DNA of 63,329 nucleotides, the filler included, from Reclinomonas americana ATCC 50394 (Eukaryota), in NCBI GenBank assembly GCA_048213135.1. It is 12 parts of 12 records of this genome, joined end to end, with 100 filler letters (N's around TTAATTAATTAA, not from the genome) between each part and the next. Parts side by side here need not be neighbours in the genome. Positions count along the whole stretch, not along the records: positions 1 to 14,669 come from AFZH01018470.1; 11 more parts are not named here. The stretch is one strand, 5' to 3'. The notes under the pieces are model-generated. The model saw nothing but the letters and a program-made list of their open reading frames with translations. It had not been told where the DNA came from and ran no database searches. Of the stretch, positions 1 to 13,720 are shown piece by piece. The translations under genes were made by a program, and so were the position numbers. Numbering within the stretch: position 1 is the stretch's first letter; each line of letters begins with the position of its first letter.

Positions 1-137
1 CGCAAGGAAGTGCCAAAGTCCGTCCTGGTCCCACCCAACGGTTTTACACACCACACAACAGAGTTGAGAGTTAAGAGTTCTATCTGTTTCTCCTCTCTCT
101 CTCTCTCTCTCTGCTCTCCTCTCTCTCCCCCATCATC

Positions 138-1232
138 ATGTCCACCGCTCCCTCTCCCCTCACTCTCCTCCCGTCCAAGCGCATCACCGGTCACACTTTT
201 CTTGTGATGTGTGTCGCCATCACTCCCGATGGTGAGCACATCATCTCTGGGAGTGCAGACACGACAGTGCGCGTGTGGTCTCTGGCGACTGGGGCTGAGA
301 TGCGACGACTGGAGGGACACGCGCTTCAAGTGCACTCTGTCGCCGTCACTCCAAATGGCCAGCACATCGTGAGTGGCAGCTTCGACCGCACGTTGCGAGT
401 GTGGTCACTGGAGAGTGGAGAAGAAGTGCGTCTGTTAAAGGGACACACTGGAGAAGTGGTATCTGTGGCCATCACTCCTGACGGAGATCACTTTGTCAGC
501 GGAAGCAGGGACAACAGCGTGCGTGTGTGGTCACTGGCGAGTGGAGACGAGGTGCGACGAATGGAGGGGCACATTGGCGGAGTGAACTCTGTCGCCGTCA
601 CGTCGGATGGTCTCCACGTTGTCAGCGGAAGCAATGACAACACAGTGCGAGTGTGGTCACTGGAGAATGGTGCCGAAGTGCGACGGCTGGAGGGTCACAA
701 AGGTGGGGCGCTGTCGGTTACCGTTACACCCAATGGTCAGCACATTGTTAGTTGTAGTCACGACAGGACTATGAGAGTATGGTCAATGGCGACTGGCAAA
801 GAAGTGCGACGGTTTGAGGGACGCAATCTTGACACGATTCGCATCTCCATCGCCCCCGACGGTGAGCACGTCGTTAGTGGAGGTAATGTGTTTGATCCGG
901 TTGTGCGAGTGTGGTCGCTGGCAAGTGGAAGAGAGGTGCGACAGCTGGAGGGACACACTGGAGGTGTGCGCTCTGTTGCTGTGTCTCTTGATGGTCGGCA
1001 TGTTGTGAGTGGTGGTTATGACAATACTTTGCGAGTGTGGTCCACTCCCTGCGGCCTCGCTGCTTGTGAGTTGGGCACAGCACGCGAGGCAATGTGGGCC
1101 GTGCAGGAAACAGACGAGAACGACGAGCTGGATTGTTGGTGTTTGGCGGAGATTGTGCTGCGCTGCTTCATCGTGGAGGAGGCGGCGGTGGTGCTGCACC
1201 GGCGCAGCATGGAACCGGAGTCGCACTTGTGA
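138..1232 (+). CDS. WD40-repeat protein (about 7 highly regular repeats) with a conserved C-terminal helical tail; intronless
   Basis: 364-aa ORF with repeated GH...VxSVAVTPDGxHIVSGSxDxTVRVWSL units, then tail TPCGLAACEL...VLRCFIVEEAAV. Confidence 0.93.
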   Translation: MSTAPSPLTLLPSKRITGHTFLVMCVAITPDGEHIISGSADTTVRVWSLATGAEMRRLEGHALQVHSVAVTPNGQHIVSGSFDRTLRVWSLESGEEVRLLKGHTGEVVSVAITPDGDHFVSGSRDNSVRVWSLASGDEVRRMEGHIGGVNSVAVTSDGLHVVSGSNDNTVRVWSLENGAEVRRLEGHKGGALSVTVTPNGQHIVSCSHDRTMRVWSMATGKEVRRFEGRNLDTIRISIAPDGEHVVSGGNVFDPVVRVWSLASGREVRQLEGHTGGVRSVAVSLDGRHVVSGGYDNTLRVWSTPCGLAACELGTAREAMWAVQETDENDELDCWCLAEIVLRCFIVEEAAVVLHRRSMEPESHL

Positions 1233-1690
1233 GAGGAATGAGAGAAGGGGAAAAGAGTTACCTTTTTTTGTTGTGATTCCTCTTCGTGCGCGCAATGCAG
1301 TGAACGTGCTGTGCCGTTCATATACCTGCATTGGAATCGGCACTTTTAGGTGTGGTTTGCAAGAAAGTCCTTGTGCCGCTCGAATTCCATGACTCTGCAC
1401 CCTCGACCGACACTCGTATCCAGTATCGACGTTGCATGGTGAAGTTGGTCATGCTGCTCTATGCTGCGCACGCAGTGCTGCATATATAATCCAATACAAT
1501 TTTACAAAACCGAATGCGTCCCTCCCGGGCCACACATTGTCAACTCCGCAACTCACCGAATCCGTTCCGCGATTTTCTTCAAAGTGCGAGGATCACTCTC
1601 GCTCACACACACACTCTCTGGCACACACACAATAGAGAGCGCAAGAGAGTTTCCGAACACCAACTCCGCACTTCTCACACTTCTCACACC

Positions 1691-2039
1691 ATGGCCGACG
1701 GAGATGAGACGGAGGAGGAGAGATATGCGTGTCGCCAACTCGCCCTCTTTGACAATGGAGTGTGGGAGATTGCTGCGTCGCCAGCAGTGCGCGGGAAAAT
1801 GCAGGTAAGTAAGAGAGAGCAGAGAGAAACGAGAAGTTGTGTGACAGTGAGAGTGATCTCTTGCTCTTCTGGCACGTGTGCGTGTGCGAGGGAGCATGTG
1901 TGAGAGAGTGAGACACACAGAGAGCAACGCAGCGAGAGTCAGTGAATGTGAGCAGAAAGAATGACACAGTCGCTCTCTCTCTTTCTCACTCTCCCCTTCT
2001 CTCCGTTTTTGCTCCTGCTCTCTCACTCTCATTCGCTAT

Positions 2040-2080
<41 letters not shown>

Positions 2081-5000
2081 TCTTCACTCCTCTCCCCTGC
2101 TCTCTGACTCTCTCGTTTGGCTGATACCACTGTTTACGAAACCGAACTCACTGCCTTCACTCTCTTCTCACTCTCCTCTCTCTCACACTCAACCACACAC
2201 TCACACTCACTTGCTCTCTTTCCACCTCTCTCTCCACCTTGCTCTCTCTGTTGCCGATGCCACAGTGCACGAAACCGAACTCACTCACACTGTGGACCCG
2301 CCTTCCTTCTTCTTCTTCTCTCTCTCCTCTCTCTTTCACTCTGTTACACTCACTCACTCTCACTCACTCACCTGCTGTCCTTCTGTCCCTGTCTTGTGCC
2401 TTCTCACTCTCTCGTGTGGCTGAAACCACGCGAAACCCGAACTCAATCTCATTCTGAACCTTCCCCCTCCCTTCATCTCCTCTCTCACACTAGTGCACAC
2501 TCACACTCTCACTCACTCTCCTTCTACGTCTCTCTCCTACTTGCTCTCTCTGACACCGCACTGCGGAAACCGAACTCGGCGCTCGCCCGCCTTCCAACAC
2601 TTATTTTCTCTCTGTACTCAGTCGACAACTCTCACTCACTTGCCCACTTCGTCTCCTTCTTTCCCTGCCAGCTCACTCCGACACCACAGTGCGTGAATCT
2701 CCGTCACTCACTTCCTTCCTCCCTCCCTTCCTCCCTCCCCATCGCTTTCTCCTGCCTTCCGTTCTCCCACTTTTTCTCTCTTTATCTCTCATTCTCTCCT
2801 CCCTCCTTCGTACGCCAGTCTTCCCTTTCCCCTCTCCCTCCCTCCCTTCCTCTCTTTCTCCACACTTGCCCTCCTCATCCACTTCTTTAATCTCTCGCGC
2901 TTTCTTCTCCAAGATCTCCCCCACCTTCCCCCTTACCCCTCCCTTGCCCTTCCTCCCCCTTCCCCCTTCCCCATCCCTTCCTCCCTCCACCCAGTTCATC
3001 GCCTCCGCCGGCATCCACCCCCACGTCACCCTCCTCCACTCCCCCTCCGGCACCCCCGTCGCCACCCTCCGCGGCCACCTCCTCGAAGTCACCGCACTCG
3101 CCTTCTCTCCCGCTTCCTCGTCCCCCACTGTGCTACTGGCCACTGCCGATGGCGGCTGGGATCTTCCGTACTACGCAGTGCACGTGTGGGATCTCACCGC
3201 GCACAGTCGTCGCTGGTGCGCGCAAGGCCACACGGATAACATCAACGCGCTGGCGTTTGTGTGCAACGGAGAGCGCCTGGTCAGCTGTGCCGACGACCAC
3301 ACCGTGCGTGTGTGGGCCGTGGACAGTGGGCGCTGTCTGGGCGTGTTGACCGGGCACACCAAGTCCGTGTATGCGTTGACAGTGTGTGCGGACGATGATC
3401 GGTGGGTGGTCAGTGGCGGCGGTGATTGTGCATTGCGCTGGTGGCGCTGCGATGGTGTTGACGTGGGGGTGGCGGGTGGCGAAGAGCGGCAGGGGAATGC
3501 GTTGACGGATGCGTGTGTGTCGTCGCTGACGAGCAGTCGTCGTCGTCGGTTGTTGGCGTCGGGACACAAGGACGGTGCGGTGCGCTTGTGGCGCGGGCGG
3601 GAAATGGTTCGCGAGTTTCGCGGGCACGAGAATTGGGTGAACAGTGTGGCGTTTGATGATGGGAGCGGGAGGTTTCTTGTGAGCTCGTCGACGGGTGAGT
3701 GGAGGAAGGGGAGGAGGAGGAGGAGGGAGGGGGAGGGGGAAGGGGGAAGAAGGGGAGGGAGAAGAGTGAGAAGTGCGGTGAAAGTGAAGAAGGGGAAGAG
3801 GAGGGGGAAGGAGGGGGTAGGGGAGGGGAAGGGGAGGGAGAAGAATGAGAAGTGCGGTGAAAGTTTGTGTCTTGCACGCAGCAGGTTGCTGCAGCTCTCT
3901 TTGTCAGGTAATGTGCCGTCAGTTGCTTGACCCGTATGATGTCCATTGTTTTCCCTGCGTTGCTTGCTTGGTTTCGTTCTCCTCTCTTTGTTTCTTCTCT
4001 CTGTCTGTCACTTTCTCTTCTCTGTCTTTCTGTCTCTATCTCTCTCTCTCTCTCTCTCTACGTCTCAGACGTCTGTCTGTCTCGACTTCTCTCTTGCCCC
4101 TTCCTTGCGGTGGAGGCCAAGCTTACTCTGCCTCCACCACTGTTTCTCGCTCGGCTCGCTCTCTCGCTCTCTCGCCTTCCCCCTTGCTCCTTCTCAGCGG
4201 CGGAGGCCATGCTTTCTCTGCTTCCATCTCTGTTTCTCACTCCGCTCCCACTCACTCTCCCCACTCTCTGCATAAAGCAACTTGTCCTTTCTCCGCGTTT
4301 ATCCTAATATTTCTATCTTTCTTGTCTTCTCGCTCCCATTCTTTTTCTTCTTCGTACTCTGCCTGTCGTTGGCTATCTGGTGCCTAATCCCCTCTCGTCC
4401 TGTTGGTTTTGGTTCAATCTCTCTCTCTCACTCTCTCTCTCTCTCTCTCTGCTCTGTCTCTCTCAGTCTCTTCTTCTCCCTTGCCCGTTCTCTGCGGCGG
4501 AGGCCAAGCTCTCTCTGCTCCTGCCGCTGTTTCTCGCTCTCTCTCTCCTCTCTCTCTCTCTCTCGCCTTCCTCTTGCTACTTCTCTGCGGTGGAGGCCAA
4601 GCTTCTCTGCTTCCATCTCTGTTTCTCTGTCCGCTCCCGCTCACTCTCCCCACTCTCTGCATAAGCGTTTTGTCCTTCCTCCGTGTTTATTCTCCTTGTT
4701 TCTCTCTTTCTTCTCTTCTCGCTCTCACTCTGTTTTTCCTTGTTCTTTGTGTCAATTCGGCAATCAGTTCCTGATCTTTTCTCATCTTACTGGTTTTGGT
4801 TCAATCTCTCTCTGCTTTTTCTCCCAATCTGTCTCTCTCTCCCTCTTGCTCGCTGCATTAAACCGTCCATCCTTTCGCCCCTTGCTTTCGCTGTGCCAGT
4901 CATCTTGTTCTATTCAGTCAGAAGGTTCCAGTTGCTTCAGTCTCCTTTATCTCTCTTTCTGCAAGTCTTGTCACCCTTCCCCCGCATAACCTCACGCACT

Positions 5001-5664
5001 GTATCATAATCTCGCGGCTCTTCTCTCATCCTCCCTCTCCTCCTCTTCCCCTCCCTCTCCTCACCTTCTCCTTCCTCCTCTCTCCCTCTCCTTCTCTTCC
5101 GCCTCCCTCCCCTCACTTCCCGTTGCATTCTCCTTCGCAGACCGAACTGTCCGCGTATGGCACCTCTCCACAACACACTGCATGGCTGTGCTGCGCGCAC
5201 ACACCGACGAAGTCACCTCTGCCTTGTTCCTCTGCGACGGTTCCATTGCGACCGGCAGTCTCGACCGCACGATTCGTTGTTTCCCCAACGGTATGCAATT
5301 TCACGTCATCTTTTTCCCTATCTCTGCTTCCATCCAACAGTGCACAGGCCCATGGTCACCGCTGTGGTTCCTCGATGCGGAGATGGAAGCGCTGTCGGTC
5401 GCTGTGGCCTGTTTGAAAGAACTGTCGGCCGGTGAAGAAGCAGCGCTACCCCTGCAGGTGCTGCGATGTTTCGTGCTTGAGGATGCGCGAGTCTCGGCAC
5501 ACCACTGTCGTGTCGAGAAGACGCAGCGGGATCTTGATTTCCCACCAGTGCCAGTAGGGGCTGAGGTGGTGACGGTGGGCGAAGATGTTGGCGACGAACT
5601 GGGGGATGCGGAAGGCTGCGAAGTGGAAATGGTGGCGGTGCAGGAGCAGGTTGCGTTGCGGTGA
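1691..5664 (+). CDS. Divergent WD40-repeat protein with the same C-terminal tail; 4 exons (1691-1804, 2995-3694, 5141-5290, 5348-5664)
   Basis: GT-AG splicing restores the WD repeats (GHTDNINALAF..SCADDHTVRVW; GHENWVNSVAF..SSST|DRTVRVW); tail SPLWFLDAEM...VLRCFVLEDARV. Confidence 0.85.
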
Positions 5665-6127
5665 CGTTGACGGTCAGCGCAGTGTGAACAGCACACTGCG
5701 TGCACCATTCGGTGCGCTGAACTGGACCCATGCACGCCGCATTCGAGCTGCAATGGCTGGCGGTGGCACCTGATCTGGTCGACTGTGGAGCTGAGAGATG
5801 CCGCGTTTCGTCGTCCCGTCTCCACGCCTCGGGCTGTCAGCGATTCGTCTTGATAGACTCCTCTGCCGACGACCCACAGTTGCCGCAATGTACCGTTTTA
5901 CAAGGTGGTCTGCATTTTGTCAACTAGTTGAGCGTTGATGGTCTTCGAACATATGCAAGAGCAACTTGCCGTCGCCGACACAACCACCAACTCGGTAATC
6001 TTTCTGTATTCCAATTCCTCTTTCAAGGATTGGATTCAGTCCCACGTTTGTGCACGCGTGGTTCATTTGCAGAAACGCCAGAAGTTAACATGTCGATACG
6101 TCCAGTTCCAGTTGCATTCCCTTTCAC

Positions 6128-9100
6128 TCAAATCTTCAGCCCCGATGTGCAGTCACCGCTCGTCGCACACGCCGTCGCCGTCGACGTCGCCACCACGCCA
6201 CTCTTTGGCACACACTGCTTCGTCGACACAGTGAATGTCCACGACCCGCATGCAGTCAACTGCGAGCACCACAGCGAGCACGCTTGTGGTCCGGTTGTTG
6301 TCTTGATGGCCCACGTGAGGTCGCCACCAGGTCGGTCTGCATGCCAACAGCAACCAACATTAGTCCCGATTCTTTCTCTCATCTCTCATGCGAAGACTCA
6401 CCCGTGCTGGTCAGGAAGCCGCTGCTGTCGTACGCTGCCACACTCGTCTTGCGTCCCGACACCAAGCAGAAGTGCGAGCCACACACGTTGCTGGTCTCTG
6501 CATTGGCGGCTGTCGCCGGCACGGTGCTCTACAAACAGTAAGATGGTGAGATTGTCATCTGCCCACAAACCACTTCTTCGATCTCTGATCACGCACCTTC
6601 AGTGTGCACACACTCGCGCCTGACGAGTTCGACGCCGCAGCGGCATCCAGGAATGTCCACGATATACACTGGGAGTACCGATCACACGCTTCGCAGCACC
6701 CGACCTCGCTAGTAACAGAAGTCATCACAGCGAAAATCGTGCCACCAGGTCGATCCACTGCCTCAAACAGGCACACTTCCAACGCCGCTGCTCGATGACG
6801 AAAAGTGAGACGGTCGACAATTGGCACATTCGAGCTGAGAAGCAACGCAACGAGCGACCACTCCATTTTGCACCGCTGCACACCCCGTTCCCCAAGCTGC
6901 ACAAACACCCGACCACCGTCAGCAGCAACCACATTCTCAGCGTGCGCCACCTCATAGAAGGAAGAGAGGGCGATGACATTCATGCAGATCTGCTGCTTCC
7001 ATTTCTCTCTTCACCCCATCCACGCACCATACACAATCGAGAACTGCTTCGTGTACGTCAGCGTCCCGTCGCTCACTTGCACAAACACTTGCAGTCGCCG
7101 ACTCAGCGGCGGCGCCACCGAGATTGTCAGCTGGTTGCCGCCAACCAGGCTGAAGAGAGCCGCATGCACGCCGCCCACGATGCTGAATGTCGGCGTCTGC
7201 CCCGTGTTGAGATCCACCATGCTCAGTGTGCCCACGGTGAATGGCACCGTCGCACTCGAGTATGTCTGCGGACCGGACAGCAGAATGTCGCTCGGCGCCA
7301 CATTTCCTGCACATTCACACAGACAAAGGTTCAGCATTCTTTTTCAGTCTCCTCCTCCTCCTCTCTCTCTCTCCCCTTTCAATTGCACCATCTCCCCTCT
7401 CTCTTCTCCCGTCTCTCTGCCCTTTGCCCCTCTCTCTCTCTCCCTTTCCCAGCTTCACCCTTCCCCTCAGTCTCACCAATGGCGAATGCCGACACTGCCA
7501 CATATCGATTGGCAGGCGCCCAGCGAGTGCACAGCTCGTACGTGCCAACAGCTGCACCCGCTGCTCCAATCGTCAGCGTGATGCTGGTCGCACTGCCGAA
7601 TGCACTGCTGACGCTGGTGCTGGCCACAGCCGTCGGCGGCGTCGTGGCGCCACAAAGGGGAGTGGCCACCACATACGCCGACGCATCGGCCGAGTTATTC
7701 GCCAGTGCGGTTCCGGTCAGTGTTATCAACTGACCAGCCAGTGCCGACACAAATGTAGCCGACAGCGATGTGACAGAGGGCGCTGCATGCAAATGACAAG
7801 GCAATCAACATCATCGCGCATCAGAACATCAGACGCAGTCAGAATAGCATGCAACCAGCAATGTTGAGTGTCTGGTCAAACGACATGACAGGATTGCCAT
7901 TGTCGGTCGTGCGAACAATCACCACCAGCGACGCCGTCACTCCCGCATTCACAAATTGCAGTTGGTTGCCAGACGCAATCGTCACCAACGCGCTGCTCGC
8001 ACCACCCACCACCGAATATGTGAACGACTGCTGCGAATCCGCGTCATTCGTGCTCATGGTGCCAATCGCCAGTCCCGCAGTGCTGGGTGGAATGTATGAG
8101 CTTGCACTCAGTGTCACCGCCGTCGGTGCATTGTTCACTGGCGGAAAGACAAGGTCAGCAGCATAGCTATGATACGAAGCACTCTCAATCGAACATTCAC
8201 TCACCCGACGTAATGCTGAAGGACTTGTCGTAGAACATTGGAGGCGTTCCGTTATCGTACGAGCGGATCGTGACGACCAGTGGACTGCCCGACTGTCCCG
8301 CCGACGTGATCTGCAGCTGTGCGCCAGCGCTCACCGAAAATGCACTGCCATTCGCTCCTCCACTGACCGCGTACGTGTACGACTGGCCAACATCAACGTC
8401 GCTTGTGCTCATCGTACAAAGTGGAACACTGGCCGTCGATGGAGCGACGTACGTATTCGTTCCGGTGCATGCAATGTCGGTAGGCGTCGAGTTAGAGATA
8501 GAGGTGGTGAAGGACAAGGTGGAGCCGGTGAGGGTGCTGGGCACGGTGGAGGTGGAGATGGCACGGAAGTAGTACGTCCAATTGGCGGCGAGTGACGTCA
8601 ATGTCGCGACCAGGGCCGTGCTGGAGGCGACACCTGAAGAGGCTGGAGTGGCCGAGACGGTGGTGGAGCCGATAGCGAGTCGACGAATGGTGTTATTCCA
8701 GTACTCTACGGTGAGAATGTTGAGAAGGAAGTGGTGTGACAACTGCACAATCAGCTGGAGGCATCACACCTGCGATATGCAGAGTGGACGTCACGGCATC
8801 GAATGCCATCAGAAGCTGCTCTTGCATGTTAGCTCGAGAGCACAGTTACATGGAACATTACAGAGCGAACCGGATTTGAGAATCGAGCGGATGCGAGTGG
8901 GCTCCCATCGGCAGATCCAGAGACACCAGCAGCCCCAGCGATTGTTGTGACAGCGGCCGTGCTGATGACAATTTGGCGGATCGTGTTGTTTGTTGTCTGC
9001 GATGGCAGCGTTAAAACCGAGAAAGATAATGAAATACATCAAAAAGCGCAAACACAACATCAGTTACGTAGAGAACGCCCCGTGCTCGATCAACCTGGAT

Positions 9101-12100
9101 GCCGACTGGCGTGTTGAAAAGAGCCGCTGTGCCGGTGGCATCTGTCGTACCGGTTGCCGCGGTGAGCGAGCCAGCCAGAGTCGACGCAGTCATCGCCAGC
9201 GTGTCGATTGCACGAACATTGTGTCTGGATCTGTCAACTGCATATCTCAATGGTGTGAGTACACGTCCCTCGTCGACAGCACATTGCAAAGACGCACATA
9301 TATGCACATACACACACCGACGTACAGCTGACTCGCCGTTGAATCCAATGCAAAGCTATTCGGCGCACCAAACCTTGCTGTTGTTGCACAAGGTCCATCG
9401 ACTGTGCCCGATGACCCAATCGTGCCGCAGTAGGTCGTGACCTCGCCGCCGTATGTGACCTGCGGGGATGATGGCATCTCAGCAGAGCGCCGCACAAGTA
9501 CAGAAGTCGTTCGGAACATGCATCCACGCACTTTTTTGACGACTTTGTTCAACGTGTCGCCAACGTATATGACTTTGTTAAACGAGTCCACCACAATGCC
9601 GTAAGGACTATTGAACCTCGCGCTTGATCCAGTGCCATTGGCAATGCCAAAAACTCCGTTGCCAGCCAATGTAGAGACAGAGCCAGAAGGCGTGCTCATG
9701 CGAACAGCATGATTGCTTTGCTGTAAAGCCTTGGGTGTAAGACACACAGAGCACATTTTTTCGCCCGCAAAATCACTCTCTTAATGGTAGTAGAATCGTC
9801 ACGCAACATCAGCGATGTACAAATACCCCGTGGTCAGGTCGATCGATAAGCCAGTGGGCAATTTAAATCGTGCAGCAGAGCCGATTCCGTCAACAAAGCC
9901 GTTGGCTCCAGCAGTCCCCAGAAAAGTCGACGTCACACCTCCACTCGTCACCCGCCGGATAGTTTGGTTTTGTTGGTCGCAGACGAATGCAGTTCCCGAC
10001 GCGTCAAATGCAATTCCCTGTATCGCAACACATAAGGGAGAAGGCGTGCACCTTGTAAAAGGCAAATGAAAGACACACGTTTGGCCTGTTGAATTGAGCA
10101 GCATTCCCCGTGCCATCCGTCGTACCAGACACGCCCGCCGTGCCCAACCACGTTGACACTGCCGGCGTTACACTGAGTGCAGCCGCCGACGGCGCCCACT
10201 CAAACGAGTTGCTCATTGTCGAGGCCGCCACAGAATTGCCCACCACAGCATTCAAAGTCACAGACGATGTTGTCACACTGCTGGCCGCTAGCGTGGCCAG
10301 TGACTGCGTGGCTGTGACACGCCAACATAGAGAGAGAATCATGTTGAGTGACGAGCACAAGATAGAGAGGGGGAGGGAGAGGAAGAGGGGGACGGCGAGG
10401 GGACAAAGAGGGGGGAGGAGGGACAAGGAAGAAAGAAGAGAGAAAGAGGAGGAGGAGGAGGAGGAGGAGGAGGAGGAGGAGGAGGAGGAGGAGGAGGAGA
10501 AGGAGGAGGAGAAGGAGGAGAAGGAGAAGAAGAGGAGGAGGAGAAGGAGGAGGAGAAGGAGGAGGAGAAGGAGGAGGAGAAAGAAGAAGAAGAACAAGAA
10601 CAAGAACGAGAAGAATAGACAAAGGAGAAGGAGAAGAAGGAAATGAAGAGAAGTCACACAATCACAGACAAACAGAGTGAGATCACAACGAGGACGACAG
10701 ACACACGCAAAGGCTGACCATCATGCAGCCTCCAACCGTCTCACCTGTAGTGATGGCGAACGCCTTGTCGAAGAACAGCGGCGGCGTTCCATTGTCCGTC
10801 GACCGGATCGTCACCGCCAGCGAGCTGCCCGCCTGCCCTGCGGCCACAATCACCAGCGACTGCCCGCTGATCGAGAAAACCGCACTATTGGCGCCCCCGA
10901 CAATCGAGTACGTGAACGACTGGCCCGCATTCGTGTCGGTGGTCTGCAGCGCACAAACGACTTGATTCGCCACCGACGGCGACACATACGTTGTCGACGA
11001 GCACGTAATGTCGGTCGGCGCCACATTCGTGGTGGTGGTGAACGACACGGTGGCGCCATTGATGGTGCTGGGCGTGGAGGTGACGCCGACGGCGCGATAG
11101 TAGTACGTCCAGTTGCTCACCAATCCAGTCAACGAGGCGGTGATTGAAGCGGCCAGGGAGCCAGTGGAGGTGGCGGATGTGGCCGACACCGATTGAGATG
11201 CTAGGGAGAGGCGACGGATGATATGCGTGGTGTAATCGGCAACCAGCACGGACGCCGTTGATGCATCGAAGGCCAGATGGACAGGCGAGTTGAACCGTGC
11301 CAAGGTCAGAGCGCTGCCGTTGGCTGATCCGCTCACGCCCGCCGCACCGCCAATCGTTGTCACAGACGAGTCTGACACTCGAAGTTGCCGCACGGTGTTG
11401 TTGACGGACTGCGTCGGACACAAGGCATTGAGAACCAAGAAGCGAAACTTTCGGAGTGTGGTGGGAAGGTACTCAACATCGGCAACATAGATGACGTTGC
11501 TTCCCGAGTCGTATGTCAGTCCGATCGGCGTGTTGAAGCGGGCAGCCGTTCCTGGTGTGCATCGATCAGCACGCAAGCAAAGGATGAGCACATTGCGATG
11601 AACTCACCGGTGGCATCCGTGGATCCTGATGTACCGCTCGTTGAACCCGCCACCGTCGTCACCGTCATCGCCACCGTATCAATGGCCCGTATGGAGTTGT
11701 TCACACGGTCGACTGCACCCACGCAAAACCAAGCAGAAGGCGCAGATGAGGATGGGATGAAGGGCATCGTCTTTCCCGCACACTCTCACCAACATACAGC
11801 GTGGTTCCGACAAGCAGCACGCCATTGGGACCTCCGAATCGCGCCGCTCCCGCACACGCACCATCGGCGGTGCCACTCATGCCAGTAGAGCCACAAAAGG
11901 TCGTCACCGCGCCGGCATAGGTCACTCGCCGGATAGTGTTGTTGAGCCAGTCGCCCACATACACCACTTGGTTCGTGGCATCCACCGCGATGCCCATCGG
12001 CTGATTGAACGAGGCGGCTGCACCCGAGGCATTGGCACTCCCCGACGCCCCGTTTCCCGCCAGTGTGGTGACCACGGCTGCTGAGGTGACAGCGCGAATC

Positions 12101-13152
12101 GCGTGGTTCGTCAACTGTGTGTGTGAGAGAGAGAGAGAGAGAGAAAGAGGCAGAGAGAGAGAGAGAAAGAGGCAGAGTCAACAAAATGCAACACGAGCAT
12201 GATCAAGAAAGCAAGCATGCAAGAACACACTCACATCGGCGACATACATAGTTCCCGTGGTTTGGTCGATGGCGAGACCGGCAACACTGTGAGCGCGTGT
12301 GAGTGAGAGAAGAGAGAGGAGGGAGAGAAGAGGGAGAGAGAGAGAGAGAGAAAGAAAGAAACAGCAAGAACGCACTTTTTGAACTGAGCTGCCACTCCTG
12401 TCGCATCCACCAGGCCGCATGTGGTGCCAGCAAAGGTGGTCACTGTGGCTGCGGGCGTGATGCGTCGAATGCGACAGTTGCTGCCATCATCGAGTGCGCG
12501 CACGCGAGTGAGAAGAAGTGACGAATCAACAACAATCGACAGACAACGAGGGAAGAGTGCATGCACGACAAACCCGTAGTCGCCCACATACACGTTGCCC
12601 ATGGCATCGAAGGCCAGTCCCTGTCGAGAGAGCACGCACACTCAATGTCAGCGAAAGTGCACGACATGCTACAGAGGGTACAACATAGTACTGTCGTGCA
12701 CAAACCATTGGCGTGCTCAACAATGCACTTGCTCCAATGCCATTAGTCGTTCCCGACGTGCCTGCTGTGCCCGCAAAGGTGGAGACAGTGGAGGAAACGC
12801 CCAGAGTGGTAGAGTAGGGCGACCACTCAAAGTAGTTGGTGGTGCCTCCCGCGACATTGTTGGGATTGATCCATGCATTGAGGGAGGCGGACGAGCCAGT
12901 GATGTTGGTGGCCACAGCGGTGGTCACCGTCTGGGCGTCTGTGGTGGAGGTGTGTAAGCAACGAGTGAAAACACAAGGCGGCCGCGGGCATGTAACGGGT
13001 TCGTGCAGCGTGCGCGCGCGCGCGCAGCGCTGCGCTCACACAACACGTATACGCGCATTTTGACGTACGCAACTCGCACGGACAGCCAGAGAGAGGACGA
13101 CAAGAAGACACAAGACGGTGACTCGAGAGTGGGAGTGTGGAAAGACGAGCAT
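6128..13152 (-). CDS. Large secreted multidomain protein: signal peptide, 2x (Fn3-like domain with inserted NHL beta-propeller + cadherin-like domain), further cadherin-like/Ig-like domains, two PAN/apple-like domains; about 20 introns
   Basis: Signal peptide MLVFPHSHSRVTVLCLLVVLSLAVRA(N)AQ; NHL repeats TxAGxxGxxDGxGxxARFNxPxGI..YVADxxNxxIRR; cadherin-like NxAPTDI...TxDxDxGQSFTYS..GG...VxIRSxDNGxP; Cys-rich PAN motif CSLWCSQLTACGSWTF...C; no transmembrane segment seen. Confidence 0.85.
10441..10645. repeat. Intronic (GAG)n/(GAA)n trinucleotide tract
   Basis: Visible directly; produces spurious polyE/polyS/polyL ORFs. Confidence 0.95.
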
Positions 13153-13244
13153 TCTATCTGTGCGCACAAGTAAATTTTATAGAACTCGAATACGAAACGG
13201 TAAAAACTCTTGATCTGGGCGCGAAAATTCACTAAACTCAAATT

Positions 13245-13720
13245 AATCTTCAACCCCGACCTGCAGTCACCACTTGACGCACACGCCGTCACCATCGACA
13301 TTGCCACCATGCCGCTCTTCGGCACAAACTGCTTTGTCTACGCGGTGACGACCCGAAATTTAAAGCGGACAACTGCGAATTCGCGATCGCGATTGAATTC
13401 GAACACCCGCAGCGCAGCGAGCATGTGCATGTGCTTGTGCTCCGGTTGTAGTCTTGACGACCCACGTGAGATTGCCACCAGGCTGATCTGCAAGCCCTGA
13501 ATCACTTCACGATCAATCATGCGATTCTCTCATTTCAAGATCACCACATTGCATGCGCATGCGCAACACGAGATGTTCGCTTTCCGCTGTGCTGGTGGCA
13601 ATCAGGCTCAAACCAGAACCAAGCAAACAATCTCCCACCCGCAGCAGCTGCGCCGCCCGCAGTCTCAGGGTAACTAGTACCATCGCGTCGCTACTGCAGC
13701 ACCATGCTTCAACGAGTTCA
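13245..13720 (-). pseudogene. Decayed copy of the 3' (PAN/apple) end of the NHL/cadherin gene
   Basis: 13245-13500 aligns by eye with 6130-6350 (TKQFVPKSGMVAMSMVTACASSGDCRSGLKI vs TKQCVPKSGVVATSTATACATSGDCTSGLKI), with an in-frame TAG and an insertion. Confidence 0.8.

Noticed and set aside
2117..5009. Long Leu/Ser/Phe-rich ORFs (also 25517-26190, 41247-41900, 58468-59627)
   Set aside because: Stop-poor translations of CT-rich intron sequence
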